A DNA stretch of 64,000 nucleotides from Candidatus Bathyarchaeota archaeon (GCA_018396535.1 JAGTQC010000001.1:96001-160000), one strand, 5' to 3'. Shown: positions 1-10,915, counted from the first letter of the stretch. Numbers and translations are program-made. The notes: generated by a model from the letters alone, not told the origin.

Positions 1-645
1 GTTAAGGAATCGGCTAGGATCTACCTTGAGTGTGAAGGTGGAAGATTATCGGCTCCAGGAATCATACGTGAAATGCGCAAGCTGATGCCGCGTGAATCGA
101 TACTCGTCACTGAAGTTGGACAAAATCAGATGTGGGCATACCTACACTTCCAAGTACTCATGCCTGGTGGATATATAACGTCTGGAGGCCTAGGGACTAT
201 GGGGTTCGGATTCCCGGCATCCTTAGGAGCAAAGATAGCTAGACCAGATATACCTGTCGTAGATTTAGCTGGCGACGGAAGCTTCCTTATGACTGAGCAG
301 GATTTAGCTACATCGATAGTTGAGGATATACCTGTAACCGTCGTGATATTAAATAACGGTGTATTAGGTATGGTAGCGCAATGGCAGAGATTATTCTATC
401 ACAGGAGATATAGCCAAGTGCATCTAGGTAGGATACCTGATTTCGTTAAGCTAGCTGAAGCATACGGTGCAGAGGGTGTAAAAGTCGAAAATATAGATGA
501 CTTTAGGGAAGCTTTCGCTAAAGCTTTGAAGAATGACGTAACAACGGTGATAGATGTACCTATAGATCCAGAGGAGGATGTACTACCTATGATACCTCCT
601 GGAGGATCATTGAGAGATATGATGTGGAGGGGAAGAGTATCATGA
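1..645 (+). CDS. ilvB: Acetolactate synthase large subunit (5'-partial, starts before the window)
   Basis: Frame is open from base 1. Contains EVGQNQMW, SGGLGTMGFG and the ThDP-binding motif GDGSF...NN, then GMVAQWQ. Confidence 0.96.
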   Translation, partial: VKESARIYLECEGGRLSAPGIIREMRKLMPRESILVTEVGQNQMWAYLHFQVLMPGGYITSGGLGTMGFGFPASLGAKIARPDIPVVDLAGDGSFLMTEQDLATSIVEDIPVTVVILNNGVLGMVAQWQRLFYHRRYSQVHLGRIPDFVKLAEAYGAEGVKVENIDDFREAFAKALKNDVTTVIDVPIDPEEDVLPMIPPGGSLRDMMWRGRVS

Positions 646-1145
646 ACGAAACGAATGAGCATATAATAGCGGCGATAGTAGAGCATAAACCCGGGGTCCT
701 ATTTAAGATAACTAACCTCATAAGGCGTAGAGGATTCAACATATCCAGCATATCTGTAGGCTCTACTGAGAATCCTAGTCTAGCTAGGATTACGATGACC
801 GTAACAGGTGATGAAGCAACGATAGAGCAGGTTATTAAACAGTTGCAGAAAATAATCGAAGTAGTTAAAATATCTAGACTTAATCCATCTGAAAGCGTGA
901 TTAGGGAGTTACTCTTGATCAAAGTCCATGTAGCCGATTCCAGAGCGAGAAGCGATATACTAATCTATACTCAGATATTCCGTGGTAGGATAATAGATGT
1001 AGCTCCGGATAGCATGATAATAGAGGTTACCGGAGGATCGAATAAGATAAACGCGTTTATAGAGCTTATGAAGCAATACGGGGTGAAGGAAATAGCAAGG
1101 ACAGGTATAACCGCTCTAGCTAGGGGTGAAAAGAGCCTGAAATAA
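642..1145 (+). CDS. ilvH: Acetolactate synthase small (regulatory, ACT) subunit
   Basis: VEHKPGVL..I..L..RRGFNI.S.SVG and EIARTG motifs. The ATG at 642 overlaps the ilvB TGA (ATGA). Confidence 0.95.
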   Translation: MNETNEHIIAAIVEHKPGVLFKITNLIRRRGFNISSISVGSTENPSLARITMTVTGDEATIEQVIKQLQKIIEVVKISRLNPSESVIRELLLIKVHVADSRARSDILIYTQIFRGRIIDVAPDSMIIEVTGGSNKINAFIELMKQYGVKEIARTGITALARGEKSLK

Positions 1146-1202
1146 CTGCTCAAATACATAAAATATCTTTATCTTATAGGCGATGATATATTCGAGCGGA
1201 GG

Positions 1203-2135
1203 GTGCGGTATATGTTCTATACATCGATCTATGCTAAGGATGTAGAGTTAGTTTCAAAGTTTCCATGGAAGATCGGTATAGTTGGATTTATGGTATATCC
1301 AGAGCTTCAAAGGACTAATACAGGTGTGGCTGAGAAGTTAAAGTCTATACTGGATGATAGGTTTTTCGACCTTATAGAACTCTACGACGTAAGCGATGAA
1401 GATTGGGAGATACTGGAGAAGTATAGATATAGAGTCGATTTCTCAATAGGTGTTCAACCAGATATTCTTGCTAAGGGGGTTAACCCATCTTCGCTAGATG
1501 AATCTGAGAGAATTAAAGCTATCGAAGTCTTGAAGAATAAGATTAGAATAGCCGGTGAGAGGGGGATAAGATATCTAGCCTTATGCTCGGGACCATTCCC
1601 CGATAGTAATCTAGTTGAGAAAGCGAAGAAGGCTTTAGTTAATACTCTAGTAGAGCTTGCTTCCCATGCATCAAAGTATGGTGTAACGATACTACTGGAG
1701 AGTTTCGATACAAAATGGGATAGAAAGAGGTTAATAGGAAGCTTGGCTGATGCATCCGAGATTTTAGAGAAGGTTAAAGCTAGATATAATAACGTAGCTC
1801 TATTATGGGATTTAAGTCATGGCCCACTTCTCGATGAAAAACCTGAAATGTTGAGTAAGTATCGAGATCTAATAGGACATATCCATATAGGATGTGCTAA
1901 AAGTATCGATGGAAAGCTTCTTGATACACATCCAGGCTTCTATAGACCTGGAGCTATAAACGACGAAAGAGATGTAGCTAGGCTACTAGAAATCCTATAC
2001 GATATAGAGTATAAAGGAGCCATAAGTTTCGAAGTTAGACCAGAGGAAGGACAGGATCCGAGAGAGGTTTTAGCTACAGCTAAATCCGTATTGGTTAGAG
2101 CGTATCAAATATTCCTAGAGAGAAGACTTAGCTGA
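1203..2135 (+). CDS. Sugar phosphate isomerase/epimerase (xylose-isomerase-like TIM barrel, AP_endonuc_2)
   Basis: Metal-ligand pattern LLE...WDLSH...HIH...FEV typical of the family. Confidence 0.8.
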   Translation: MRYMFYTSIYAKDVELVSKFPWKIGIVGFMVYPELQRTNTGVAEKLKSILDDRFFDLIELYDVSDEDWEILEKYRYRVDFSIGVQPDILAKGVNPSSLDESERIKAIEVLKNKIRIAGERGIRYLALCSGPFPDSNLVEKAKKALVNTLVELASHASKYGVTILLESFDTKWDRKRLIGSLADASEILEKVKARYNNVALLWDLSHGPLLDEKPEMLSKYRDLIGHIHIGCAKSIDGKLLDTHPGFYRPGAINDERDVARLLEILYDIEYKGAISFEVRPEEGQDPREVLATAKSVLVRAYQIFLERRLS

Positions 2136-2147
2136 GATGATGATTCT

Positions 2148-3137
2148 ATGCTAAAGATATATCGAGATGAGGATGTATCGCTAGAACCGCTTAAAGATGA
2201 GTTAATAGCTGTTATAGGCTATGGGAGCCAAGGAAGAGCACAAGCACTAAACTTTAGGGATAGCGGATTAAACGTTATAGTTGGCGTTAGATTTGGAGGA
2301 GAATCCTGGAAATTAGCTTCTAGCGATGGGTTTGATGTATATCCAATAGATGAGGCATGCGAAAAAGCAGATGTGATACATATACTTATACCAGATATGG
2401 TTCAGCCTGAAGTATATAGTAAGTATATAGAAGCTAAGCTTAAACCTGGTAAGACCCTAGGATTTGCTCACGGATTTAATATACACTTCAAGCAGATAAT
2501 TCCACCAGGATGTGTGGATGTGATTATGGTTGCACCTAAAGCTCCTGGACCTAAAGTCCGCGAACTATATCTTAAAGGATTCGGTGTACCTGCACTAGTG
2601 GCGGTACACCAAGATTATACTGGGTTTGCTTTGGATAAAGCTCTAGCTATGGCTAAAGCTTTAGGGTGCACTAGAGCTGGCGTCATAGAGACGACTTTTA
2701 AAGATGAAACTGAAAGCGACCTTATAGGGGAGCAGACAGTCCTAGTGGGAGGTATATTAGAGCTTATAAAAAATGGTTTTGAAGCACTAGTCGAAGCAGG
2801 GTATCCAGAAGAGTTAGCGTATTTTGAAGCGTGTAACGAAGCTAAACTTATAGTCGATCTGATATATGAAGGAGGGTTTACGAAGATGCTTAGAAGCGTA
2901 TCAGATACAGCTAAGCATGGTGGTTTAACAGTTGGACCTAGGATCATAGATCAACATGTCAAGGAGAATATGCGTAAAGCTATTGAATACGTGAAAAGTG
3001 GAAGATATGCTGAGGAGTGGATTAAAGAGTATAAGGCAGGTATGCCAAACCTTAAAGCTCTTCTATCGAAGATAGAGAACCATCCTATAGAAATTATAGG
3101 AAGAAGACTACGTAAACTATCAGGCCTAGAAGAGTAG
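2148..3137 (+). CDS. ilvC: Ketol-acid reductoisomerase
   Basis: [22 protein letters not shown] and [10 protein letters not shown] motifs. Confidence 0.97.
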   Translation: MLKIYRDEDVSLEPLKDELIAVIGYGSQGRAQALNFRDSGLNVIVGVRFGGESWKLASSDGFDVYPIDEACEKADVIHILIPDMVQPEVYSKYIEAKLKPGKTLGFAHGFNIHFKQIIPPGCVDVIMVAPKAPGPKVRELYLKGFGVPALVAVHQDYTGFALDKALAMAKALGCTRAGVIETTFKDETESDLIGEQTVLVGGILELIKNGFEALVEAGYPEELAYFEACNEAKLIVDLIYEGGFTKMLRSVSDTAKHGGLTVGPRIIDQHVKENMRKAIEYVKSGRYAEEWIKEYKAGMPNLKALLSKIENHPIEIIGRRLRKLSGLEE

Positions 3138-3159
3138 AGGTAAACTTTTCCTCTCAATC

Positions 3160-3957
3160 TCAAGTTTTTATAGTTGAAAGCTTATCTAAAGCTTCTTTAA
3201 GTATACTCCAAGTCTTACCATCCATTAGACTTAGACGTCTAGCATACTCTATGAAGCTAACCCTACATTCACCATAATATGGGTTTAATTCCTGTATCTC
3301 CCTTATAACATCAAATATCCTTCCAAACCTTCTGAGCATCCTCAAAGTATATTTCAGTGACGCTGTAGAGTATTTCTCTATATCATCTGGTTTGGCATAT
3401 TCTACCAGCGTTAGAGCAAAAGCCATATAGGATAGATGGTGTATACACTGTATGATAGACATCATTTTGTCATGCTCATCTACAGTTGAGAGTATAACCT
3501 CTAACCCAGTATCCTTTAATAACGATACAAATTTGCTAAGGGATTCATTAGAGCATCTAGCAGGTATAACTACGATCTTAAGCTTCGATATCTTCCTAAC
3601 CGATGGACCAAATAGAGGATGAAGGCTTACATACTCTATACCCTTCGGTAGAATCTTAGAGACTTCTGGTACGACATAAGTTTTCACAGAAGATATATCT
3701 GAAATTATAGACCCAATCTTCAACCAGCTGGATAGCTTAGATATCGTATCTACAACAAACATAGACGGAACAGTAACTATGCATATATCTGCATACGCTG
3801 TAGAGTCGTACCCACCCCAATCGACACCTATACGTCTAGCTACAAGCTTAGCTCTATCTAAATCTCTACTAACTAAGATAATCCTGGATACATATGGTTT
3901 AAGTAGCCGGGATAGGAGACGCCCCATCCCGCCTGAACCTACTACAGCTACAGTTAA
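3160..3957 (-). CDS. tyrA: Prephenate/arogenate dehydrogenase; start upstream of the called ATG and non-canonical (TTA 3957 or ATA 3972)
   Basis: DISSVK, HPLFGP and EHDKMMS..Q motifs. The Rossmann motif VAVVGSGGMG lies mostly upstream of ATG 3927, in an open frame with no ATG/GTG/TTG. Confidence 0.88.
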   Translation of the reverse strand, partial: LTVAVVGSGGMGRLLSRLLKPYVSRIILVSRDLDRAKLVARRIGVDWGGYDSTAYADICIVTVPSMFVVDTISKLSSWLKIGSIISDISSVKTYVVPEVSKILPKGIEYVSLHPLFGPSVRKISKLKIVVIPARCSNESLSKFVSLLKDTGLEVILSTVDEHDKMMSIIQCIHHLSYMAFALTLVEYAKPDDIEKYSTASLKYTLRMLRRFGRIFDVIREIQELNPYYGECRVSFIEYARRLSLMDGKTWSILKEALDKLSTIKT

Positions 3958-5030
3958 GTTACCTTCCTGTATGAACCTAGAATTTTCACGAATAACGCTC
4001 TCCCCCTTAAATCTTCTATAGCTTCCTTACAAGCATCATCATCTCTATGACCTTCGAAATCTACGTAAAACATATATTCCCAAGGTCTACCCTTAATCGG
4101 GCGGGACTCTATCTTAGTCAAATTTATACCTCTCTCCGCGAACACACTTAGAGCTTTATATAAAGCACCAGGTTTATGATGCGTAGAGAATATTATTGAA
4201 GTTTTACACCCATCCATCCTAGGAGAATCTTCCCACCCTAAGAGAAAGAATCTCGTGTAATTATCTCGATAATCTTCTATACCTTTAGCTATTATCTCAC
4301 CTCCATACAATCTAGCTGCAAGTTCTGAACCTATAGCAGCCATGTACTCACTTTCTAACGCCATCTTAACGGCTCGACTTGTACTCGTAGCTTCACGTAT
4401 CTCCACACCTTTAAGAGCTCTTTCTATGAAATTCCTACACTGATTTATAGCTTGGGGATGACTTACAAGTATCTTAACATCTTCTATCTTAATTCCTGGT
4501 TTACCTATAAGGTTGAGTCGTATCCTATGCTCGAGCTCGCCGCATATCTTAAGCTTAGTTTCAAATAGTAGATCTAAAGTCTCGTTTACACCCCCTTCTA
4601 TAGAGTTCTCGATAGGGACTACACCATAATCTACCTCCCCTTCTTCGACTGCTCTAAATACATCCCTTATAGATGGGTATTCTTTAAATTCGATAGACTC
4701 CTCTAACGGGAAGAATCTTCTAGCAGCCTCCTCGCTGAAGCTACCTCTAGGTCCTAGAAATGCTACCTTTGGAGCATTTTGAGATGCACGACACAAATCT
4801 ATAATCCTACGATATATCGACAAAACAGTATCAGGGTTTAAACCAAGTTTTAAAGATTCTAACCTAACATTAGAGAGAACTTCCCATTCCCTAATTAAGT
4901 CAATGACAGGTAACCCCTCTCTACGCTTAATTTCACCTATGACTTTTGCTATAGAAGACCTTCTAGCTAGAAGCTCTACTATACGTTTATCTATCTTATC
5001 TATTTCTCTACGTAGCTCATCTATATTCAT
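3954..5030 (-). CDS. pheA: Chorismate mutase / prephenate dehydratase (P-protein)
   Basis: N-terminal AroQ (LRREIDKID...R...K). PDT motifs LGPRGSFSE, PIENSIEG, SHPQA, NYTRF and an ACT domain with IESRP. Confidence 0.96.
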   Translation of the reverse strand: MNIDELRREIDKIDKRIVELLARRSSIAKVIGEIKRREGLPVIDLIREWEVLSNVRLESLKLGLNPDTVLSIYRRIIDLCRASQNAPKVAFLGPRGSFSEEAARRFFPLEESIEFKEYPSIRDVFRAVEEGEVDYGVVPIENSIEGGVNETLDLLFETKLKICGELEHRIRLNLIGKPGIKIEDVKILVSHPQAINQCRNFIERALKGVEIREATSTSRAVKMALESEYMAAIGSELAARLYGGEIIAKGIEDYRDNYTRFFLLGWEDSPRMDGCKTSIIFSTHHKPGALYKALSVFAERGINLTKIESRPIKGRPWEYMFYVDFEGHRDDDACKEAIEDLRGRALFVKILGSYRKVT

Positions 5031-6123
5031 CCTTTATCACCGTCGGTATCAATCCTTGATTCACGCAGTGATCTGCTATTACGAAGGCTAAGCATGCTTC
5101 TACAACTGGAAGAGCTCTTATACCTATACATGGATCATATTTACCCCATGCTTCTAAATAATCATTTGTCATAGTTTTAAGGTTGATTGTTTCAACCCTC
5201 TTCCTTATGGTAGATGGGGGTTTAAAAGATACACGGACATGTATAGGGCTACCGGTAGATAATCCTCCGAGAACACCTCCACATTTATTGCTCTTTAGAT
5301 AAACTTTACCATCCGATATAACGTAAGGGTCTATGAACTCTGTCCCCTTCATAGAAGCTGCTTCAAATCCTAGACCGATACTTAAAGCTCTAACACCTGG
5401 TATAGCGAACATCATGGAGGCTATATCTACATCAAGTCCATGAAATATGGGATCGCCTAAACCCGGAGGTACATTGAAAGCGAAGACTTCAACCATACTA
5501 CCTATGCTATCACCTTCCTCTATCGAGTGCTTCAACACATCTTCCATACTTGGTATTAATTCAGGTATAGCGCATCTAACAGGGTTTTCATACACCTTAC
5601 GTAATTCATCTATGGTCGGAAGTCTATCAGAACATACACATCCTATCTGGCATACATGACCATAAACTTCTATACCTATTATTCTGAGAAGCTTTTTAGC
5701 TATAGCTCCAGCTATTACAAACGATATGGTAATTCTACCTGAGAATCTACCACCGCCTCTATAGTCGTTGAAGCCCCCGTATCTTACGTAAGCTGGATAA
5801 TCCGCATGACCAGGTCTGGGTTTAACTCTAAAAACCTCGTATGGCCTAGAATCTACATCTCTATTACTCACGATTACGCATATAGGCGCCCCAGTTGTAT
5901 AACCATCCAGAACGCCAGAGACGATCTTAGCTATATCCTGCTCAGTTCTACTAGTAGAGTATGGTGTGGAACCAGGTTTACGTTTATCAAGCTCCCTTTG
6001 TATATCATCTTCACTAAGTTTCAATCCAGCCGGACAACCGTCTATTACAGCTCCTATCAGTATACCATGACTCTCACCGAAGCATGTAAGTGTAAGCCGT
6101 CTACCGAAGCTATTAGCCGACAA
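5017..6123 (-). CDS. aroC: Chorismate synthase
   Basis: FGESHG, RPGHAD and GGGRFSGR motifs. The C-terminal GRHDP signature appears as GKYDP. Confidence 0.95.
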   Translation of the reverse strand: MSANSFGRRLTLTCFGESHGILIGAVIDGCPAGLKLSEDDIQRELDKRKPGSTPYSTSRTEQDIAKIVSGVLDGYTTGAPICVIVSNRDVDSRPYEVFRVKPRPGHADYPAYVRYGGFNDYRGGGRFSGRITISFVIAGAIAKKLLRIIGIEVYGHVCQIGCVCSDRLPTIDELRKVYENPVRCAIPELIPSMEDVLKHSIEEGDSIGSMVEVFAFNVPPGLGDPIFHGLDVDIASMMFAIPGVRALSIGLGFEAASMKGTEFIDPYVISDGKVYLKSNKCGGVLGGLSTGSPIHVRVSFKPPSTIRKRVETINLKTMTNDYLEAWGKYDPCIGIRALPVVEACLAFVIADHCVNQGLIPTVIKDEYR

Positions 6124-7402
6124 TCTTGAACCTTCCTCCTATAGCTTCAAGATCTGCTAAAAACTTAGGGTAAGATTTAGATACTGATTCAAAGTTATCG
6201 ACTATAACTCCTCTACGACTACCTAAACCTATCACAGCTAAGGCCATAGCGATTCTATGATCTCTCCAAGAATATGCGTATCCTCCATCTACACTTCCAG
6301 ATCCATAGATGATTATCGAATCATCATCTACTTCGACTCTAACACCTATACGGATAAGTTCTGATACGATAGCTTTCAATCTATCTGACTCCTTAAACCT
6401 TAACCTTCTACAACCCTTAATCCTTGAGATACCCTTACAAAAACATGCTAGAGCTGCAAGTGGAGGAGCCAGATCAGGCGAATCCCTAATATCTATGTCG
6501 AATCCATTTAGAGGGCGGTTACCCTCTACCTCTACATAATCATCTCCAAAATGAATATTCACACCTAAACCTTCCACTATATCTACTATGCATCTATCTG
6601 GTTGTATATCATACTTAGTTAAACCATATATTCTAACCTTGGATGGAATAATGGAACACGCTACTATCATAAAAGATGAAGAGGAATAATCGCCTGGAAC
6701 TTTACATATCGTAGGTGTAATATATTCCTGTCCAGCTTCAACTCTGAAATAGCTATACCCATCACGATCGATTCTGATTCCAAAATCCCTTAATATGTTT
6801 AGCGTCATATCTACATAACCCTTAGATTCGAGTTCTCCCACAACTTCTAGTAAGGAATCTTTCCTCGCTTTAGGTAAAGCAAAGAGAAGCCCAGATACAT
6901 ATTGAGAACTTATACTACCGTCAATCCAGGTGGATCCACCAGGTATACCTCCACCGAATACGACTATAGGTGGAAGACCATTCATACGTGTAGAGTATAT
7001 CTCTACACCAAGTCTTCTCAATGCATCTAATAGAGGAGCCATCGGTCTCATCCTTAAGGATTCATCACCTGTTAACACCGTTATCCCTGATGCTAACGGT
7101 GCTATAGAGGATAGAAGACGTATAGCTGTAGCAGATCCGCCGCAATCTATGATATCACTAGGTGTTTCTAGATGACCTGAAGATGCTATCTTAAATAGGT
7201 ATTCATTTGACGATACCCTAGCTCCGAAGTTTTTACATGCCTTAACTGTTACGATTGTATCATCGCATATCGATGGATTCTCTATAATCGTATCACCGTT
7301 AGAAAGTAGTGATGCTATAAGATATCTGATCGTATAGGATTTCGACGGCTGGCTACGTATAGAGCCCTCTAATCTCTCGGTTGGTTCAAATAAAACCTTC
7401 AT
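6113..7402 (-). CDS. aroA: EPSP synthase (3-phosphoshikimate 1-carboxyvinyltransferase)
   Basis: PSKS...R, SSQYVSGLL, GDYSS, KESDR, DHRIAM and KSYP motifs. Confidence 0.96.
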   Translation of the reverse strand: MKVLFEPTERLEGSIRSQPSKSYTIRYLIASLLSNGDTIIENPSICDDTIVTVKACKNFGARVSSNEYLFKIASSGHLETPSDIIDCGGSATAIRLLSSIAPLASGITVLTGDESLRMRPMAPLLDALRRLGVEIYSTRMNGLPPIVVFGGGIPGGSTWIDGSISSQYVSGLLFALPKARKDSLLEVVGELESKGYVDMTLNILRDFGIRIDRDGYSYFRVEAGQEYITPTICKVPGDYSSSSFMIVACSIIPSKVRIYGLTKYDIQPDRCIVDIVEGLGVNIHFGDDYVEVEGNRPLNGFDIDIRDSPDLAPPLAALACFCKGISRIKGCRRLRFKESDRLKAIVSELIRIGVRVEVDDDSIIIYGSGSVDGGYAYSWRDHRIAMALAVIGLGSRRGVIVDNFESVSKSYPKFLADLEAIGGRFKIVG

Positions 7403-7410
7403 AATACACT

Positions 7411-8298
7411 CTACTCCTCTCTACAACTGGATACATAACTATTGTTTATATCGACAATCCTAACTTCCCCATCTAGGTTAGACCATACGTCGACTACTCT
7501 ATCTACATCATCATCTTTCACAATTGCAGCTAACGCAGGCCCTTTTCCAGATGGAGAAGCAGCTAACGCTCCAACATTTAAAGCACCTAGCAGTGGATCT
7601 ATATCATAACCTAAAGCTAGAGAGACAGCTAGACCATTAAGATTCATAGCATCCATCCAGTATCCAGCTATAGAGAGACGCCAAGCCGATCTAAAAATAT
7701 TCTCGAACCGTTTAAAACGTGCTACATCTACCTCAGCTGTATAGCATTCGCTTTCAGGTATATGTAATACTACCTTCAACCTACCCCTAATTTTAGATCT
7801 ATGTATGATATCACGAGTAAGGTTATCGGTAATGGTTAATCCCCCAAGCATAGATGCTGATGCATCATCGAAAGCTCCTGTAATCGTAACCCCTGCTTTA
7901 ATAGATGCATTAACAGCCAAGTCTAGAGCAGTTCTTAGTTTATCGTTAAAGTTGGCGAAACGTAACCCCAGAGCTTCAATAGCTGCAAGCACGACAGCAT
8001 TCGAAGCTGCGCTACTACTTTTTAATCCCCTAGCTATAGGTATGCCGGATCTTATCTTAACCTTAGCTTTATATCCATTCCTTAATCCTACATAGCTAGC
8101 TACCTCTGAAAGACACGTTTCCACCAACTTTGTATCTTTCGGTTGGAAACCTTCGAATTCAATGCTAATTCCATCACCGGATTCTATCTCCACACATGCT
8201 TCGAGACGTAAATCTATACTTAAAGCCGCACCTAGACCTGTAGCTAAAGCGTTAACAATAGATATGGCGGCAAAAGTCGTTGCTCTGCCTTTACCCAT
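7411..8298 (-). CDS. aroK: Archaeal (GHMP-type) shikimate kinase
   Basis: AISIVNALATG, IPIARGLKSSSA, TGAFDD and SGKGP motifs. Confidence 0.94.
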   Translation of the reverse strand: MGKGRATTFAAISIVNALATGLGAALSIDLRLEACVEIESGDGISIEFEGFQPKDTKLVETCLSEVASYVGLRNGYKAKVKIRSGIPIARGLKSSSAASNAVVLAAIEALGLRFANFNDKLRTALDLAVNASIKAGVTITGAFDDASASMLGGLTITDNLTRDIIHRSKIRGRLKVVLHIPESECYTAEVDVARFKRFENIFRSAWRLSIAGYWMDAMNLNGLAVSLALGYDIDPLLGALNVGALAASPSGKGPALAAIVKDDDVDRVVDVWSNLDGEVRIVDINNSYVSSCREE

Positions 8299-9148
8299 GC
8301 CTTAGAAGCTCCTCCTCTGCTACTTTGAACATAAGATCTAGCGGTGGAAATATACCGAACCATAACTTGAACGAGTATGCAGCTTGATACACTAGCATAG
8401 GTAAGCCATTAATCGTGATCGCCCCTCTAAGTCTAGCTTCTCTTAGAAGCTGTGTTTCGGTAGGCCAGTAAATCATATCGAAGACTACATGACTACGATC
8501 TATAAGCGATGGAGAAATAGGGTACCCAGGTATAGTCATACCTACAGGAGTGGCGTTGACTATTATATCCGCTTTAGGTATGATCATCCTTTGATCAGAA
8601 TCAGATAAACTGCCATACGTAATTTTAGCATTAGAAGTTAGCGAAGAAAATTTACCAGCAACAGTCTTAGCCTTTTCCACAGTCCTGTTAAGTATTGTTA
8701 TCCTACATGGAATCATAGAGAGACGGTATACTAGAGCTCTAGCAGCTCCACCAGCTCCTATCACAACTATATGGAGCCCATCGAAATTGTTTACGATAGA
8801 TCTTAAGGTTTCAAATGCTCCAATACCATCTGTGGTATATCCTACAAATGCCCCATCAGTTTCTACGACAGTATTCACAGACTCTACCAACGCAGCTTCT
8901 TCGTCGAGCTTATCAAGATAAGAGATTATTTCATTTTTAAAGGGCATCGTTACGTTAAATCCTTTAATTCCAAGTGCTTTCATACCATGGACAGCCTCCT
9001 TAAGCATACTAGGCTTTATATGGAACGCTACGTAAACAGCATTTATCCCTAAAGCATCTATAGCAGCGTTATGTATTATAGGACTTAAGCTATGCTCTAT
9101 AGGATAACCTATAACTCCGTATAAACTGGTGCGACCTGAAAGCCTCAT
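8291..9148 (-). CDS. aroE: Shikimate dehydrogenase
   Basis: HSLSP, NVTMPFK, SVNT, TDG, GAGGAARA and NATPVGM motifs. Confidence 0.96.
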   Translation of the reverse strand: MRLSGRTSLYGVIGYPIEHSLSPIIHNAAIDALGINAVYVAFHIKPSMLKEAVHGMKALGIKGFNVTMPFKNEIISYLDKLDEEAALVESVNTVVETDGAFVGYTTDGIGAFETLRSIVNNFDGLHIVVIGAGGAARALVYRLSMIPCRITILNRTVEKAKTVAGKFSSLTSNAKITYGSLSDSDQRMIIPKADIIVNATPVGMTIPGYPISPSLIDRSHVVFDMIYWPTETQLLREARLRGAITINGLPMLVYQAAYSFKLWFGIFPPLDLMFKVAEEELLRHG

Positions 9149-9849
9149 AGCCCTATCGCTACGTATATTTGTTTAAGTTTATCAATAGGTATTTGATCTG
9201 GAGCCGTTTGATACTCGTAGCTCAGCGATGCATAAGTATACTCTGATCCGTAAAGTGGAGCTAATATACGTGCAGGTAAGCCGTAACGCCCCATAGAAAC
9301 GCAGACGATTCTACCTTTTTTAGAGACATTCATGGTAAACGTTAAGAGAAGCAAACTATCTTCCCAACTTCTAGCGAAAGTAGCTATCTTGCATATATCG
9401 CATCCAGTACCTCTTATGGATTCGAATAATGACGTAAGACTATATAAGCCGGGCGTCTTATCGAAATCATGATATGAAACGATAACCTGAACTCCTGTGC
9501 TCTTAAATCTTTCTACGATCTTCTCTATATCCATAACATCGCGTTCTATATCTACATAATCTACACTAGAGTATACAGCTTCCTCCAATACAGATATCCT
9601 AGACTTCTCACCCCATTTCCAGAATCCTCCATGAGATCTGGCTCTGACAGTAGCTATGACAGGTATACCACTATTCACAGCATAGTTGATAACATCCTTA
9701 AACTTACCTATGTCATCAAGATAATCTAACCTTAATTCCATAAGATCTGCTTCAACTTTACAAGCCTCATCGATTAAATAACGAGCTTCATCTACACCCC
9801 TACAAGGTATAGGTACACATATCTTAGGTTTCAAACTATGATTCATCAC
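9145..9849 (-). CDS. aroD: Type I 3-dehydroquinate dehydratase
   Basis: ELRLD, TVR...GG, SYHDF, Schiff-base KIA and TAP.Q motifs. Confidence 0.93.
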   Translation of the reverse strand: MMNHSLKPKICVPIPCRGVDEARYLIDEACKVEADLMELRLDYLDDIGKFKDVINYAVNSGIPVIATVRARSHGGFWKWGEKSRISVLEEAVYSSVDYVDIERDVMDIEKIVERFKSTGVQVIVSYHDFDKTPGLYSLTSLFESIRGTGCDICKIATFARSWEDSLLLLTFTMNVSKKGRIVCVSMGRYGLPARILAPLYGSEYTYASLSYEYQTAPDQIPIDKLKQIYVAIGL

Positions 9850-10907
9850 CTCTCTATAACACGCATAGAATCAACTAGTATACCAAGATGGCGTGCACCA
9901 GGTTTTACGTATACGAGAACCTCGCATCCAGGTTGCAGTTCAGCTACCGATTTAGATCCATCTGGAGTTATAAGCCTTATAGTCTCAGCATTTTGAAGTA
10001 TAACCTTACCTACATAATCTGCATATACAGCTTCGACTAGTATTAGAGGTCTCCATTCTATCTTAACCCTACATACGTTTACAGGTCTACACTTACCATC
10101 ACGATCGACAATCAGAACATCACTACCTGCTGATAGTTCTGAAAGATATCTTGTCTTACCACCCGGTACGTATATATAGAGACCTACAGGTCCAGCGTTA
10201 ACCCTAAAAGGTCTTGGTTGTACATATGGATTCTTCCACACTTCTGCTTCGACTAGAAAGAGGAAGTTGGATTGACAACCTACAAGCATACCCTCACCCG
10301 GATTCATAAGCTCACAGGTATCTATACATACTCTTGCACCTAAACCTAATGATTTAATCGAGGATATCTTAGCCCTCCTAAGCTCTAAATGTTCAATACC
10401 CTTAAGCGTAGACTTTAACGCTACTATAGATGGATAATCCAGGTCCTTCAAGACCAATCCATCAACACCCAATTCTAATACGTTGGATAGTAATATAGCT
10501 TCATCCAGATTGGATGCTTCGGCTAATATCTTTACCTTTCCTTTAAGCATCGCAATTATATTTTCTAAAGGTATTACATACCAACCTCTACACCTAACTA
10601 ATACAAACTCTAATAGCTTTAATCCTTTCTCGATAGTCCTTGATAGATTTTCTAAATCTATATTAGCATCTAGCTCTAATACGTAGGCTATTCTCTTACC
10701 TTCGGAGATACCTTCAACTAGATCCTCTAAACTATGGACTAGAGATATACCTGAGTTAGTAGATAGGCCCCTACCATCCTGGCTGTAAGGTATAGCTAAC
10801 TTAGATTCTATTATCACGCCATCACATAACTCACCGAGCTTAGCGAGTATACCCTCTACATCCTCGATCCTAGTATTCGAAGGAAGTAGGATCCAAAGTT
10901 CCTTCAC
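9846..10907 (-). CDS. aroB': 3-dehydroquinate synthase II (archaeal AroB')
   Basis: W.VIPLEN, RVCIDT, GEGMLVG, RPFRVNAG, QNAETIRL and ARH.G motifs. Confidence 0.94.
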   Translation of the reverse strand: MKELWILLPSNTRIEDVEGILAKLGELCDGVIIESKLAIPYSQDGRGLSTNSGISLVHSLEDLVEGISEGKRIAYVLELDANIDLENLSRTIEKGLKLLEFVLVRCRGWYVIPLENIIAMLKGKVKILAEASNLDEAILLSNVLELGVDGLVLKDLDYPSIVALKSTLKGIEHLELRRAKISSIKSLGLGARVCIDTCELMNPGEGMLVGCQSNFLFLVEAEVWKNPYVQPRPFRVNAGPVGLYIYVPGGKTRYLSELSAGSDVLIVDRDGKCRPVNVCRVKIEWRPLILVEAVYADYVGKVILQNAETIRLITPDGSKSVAELQPGCEVLVYVKPGARHLGILVDSMRVIER

Positions 10908-10915
10908 TTATCAGT

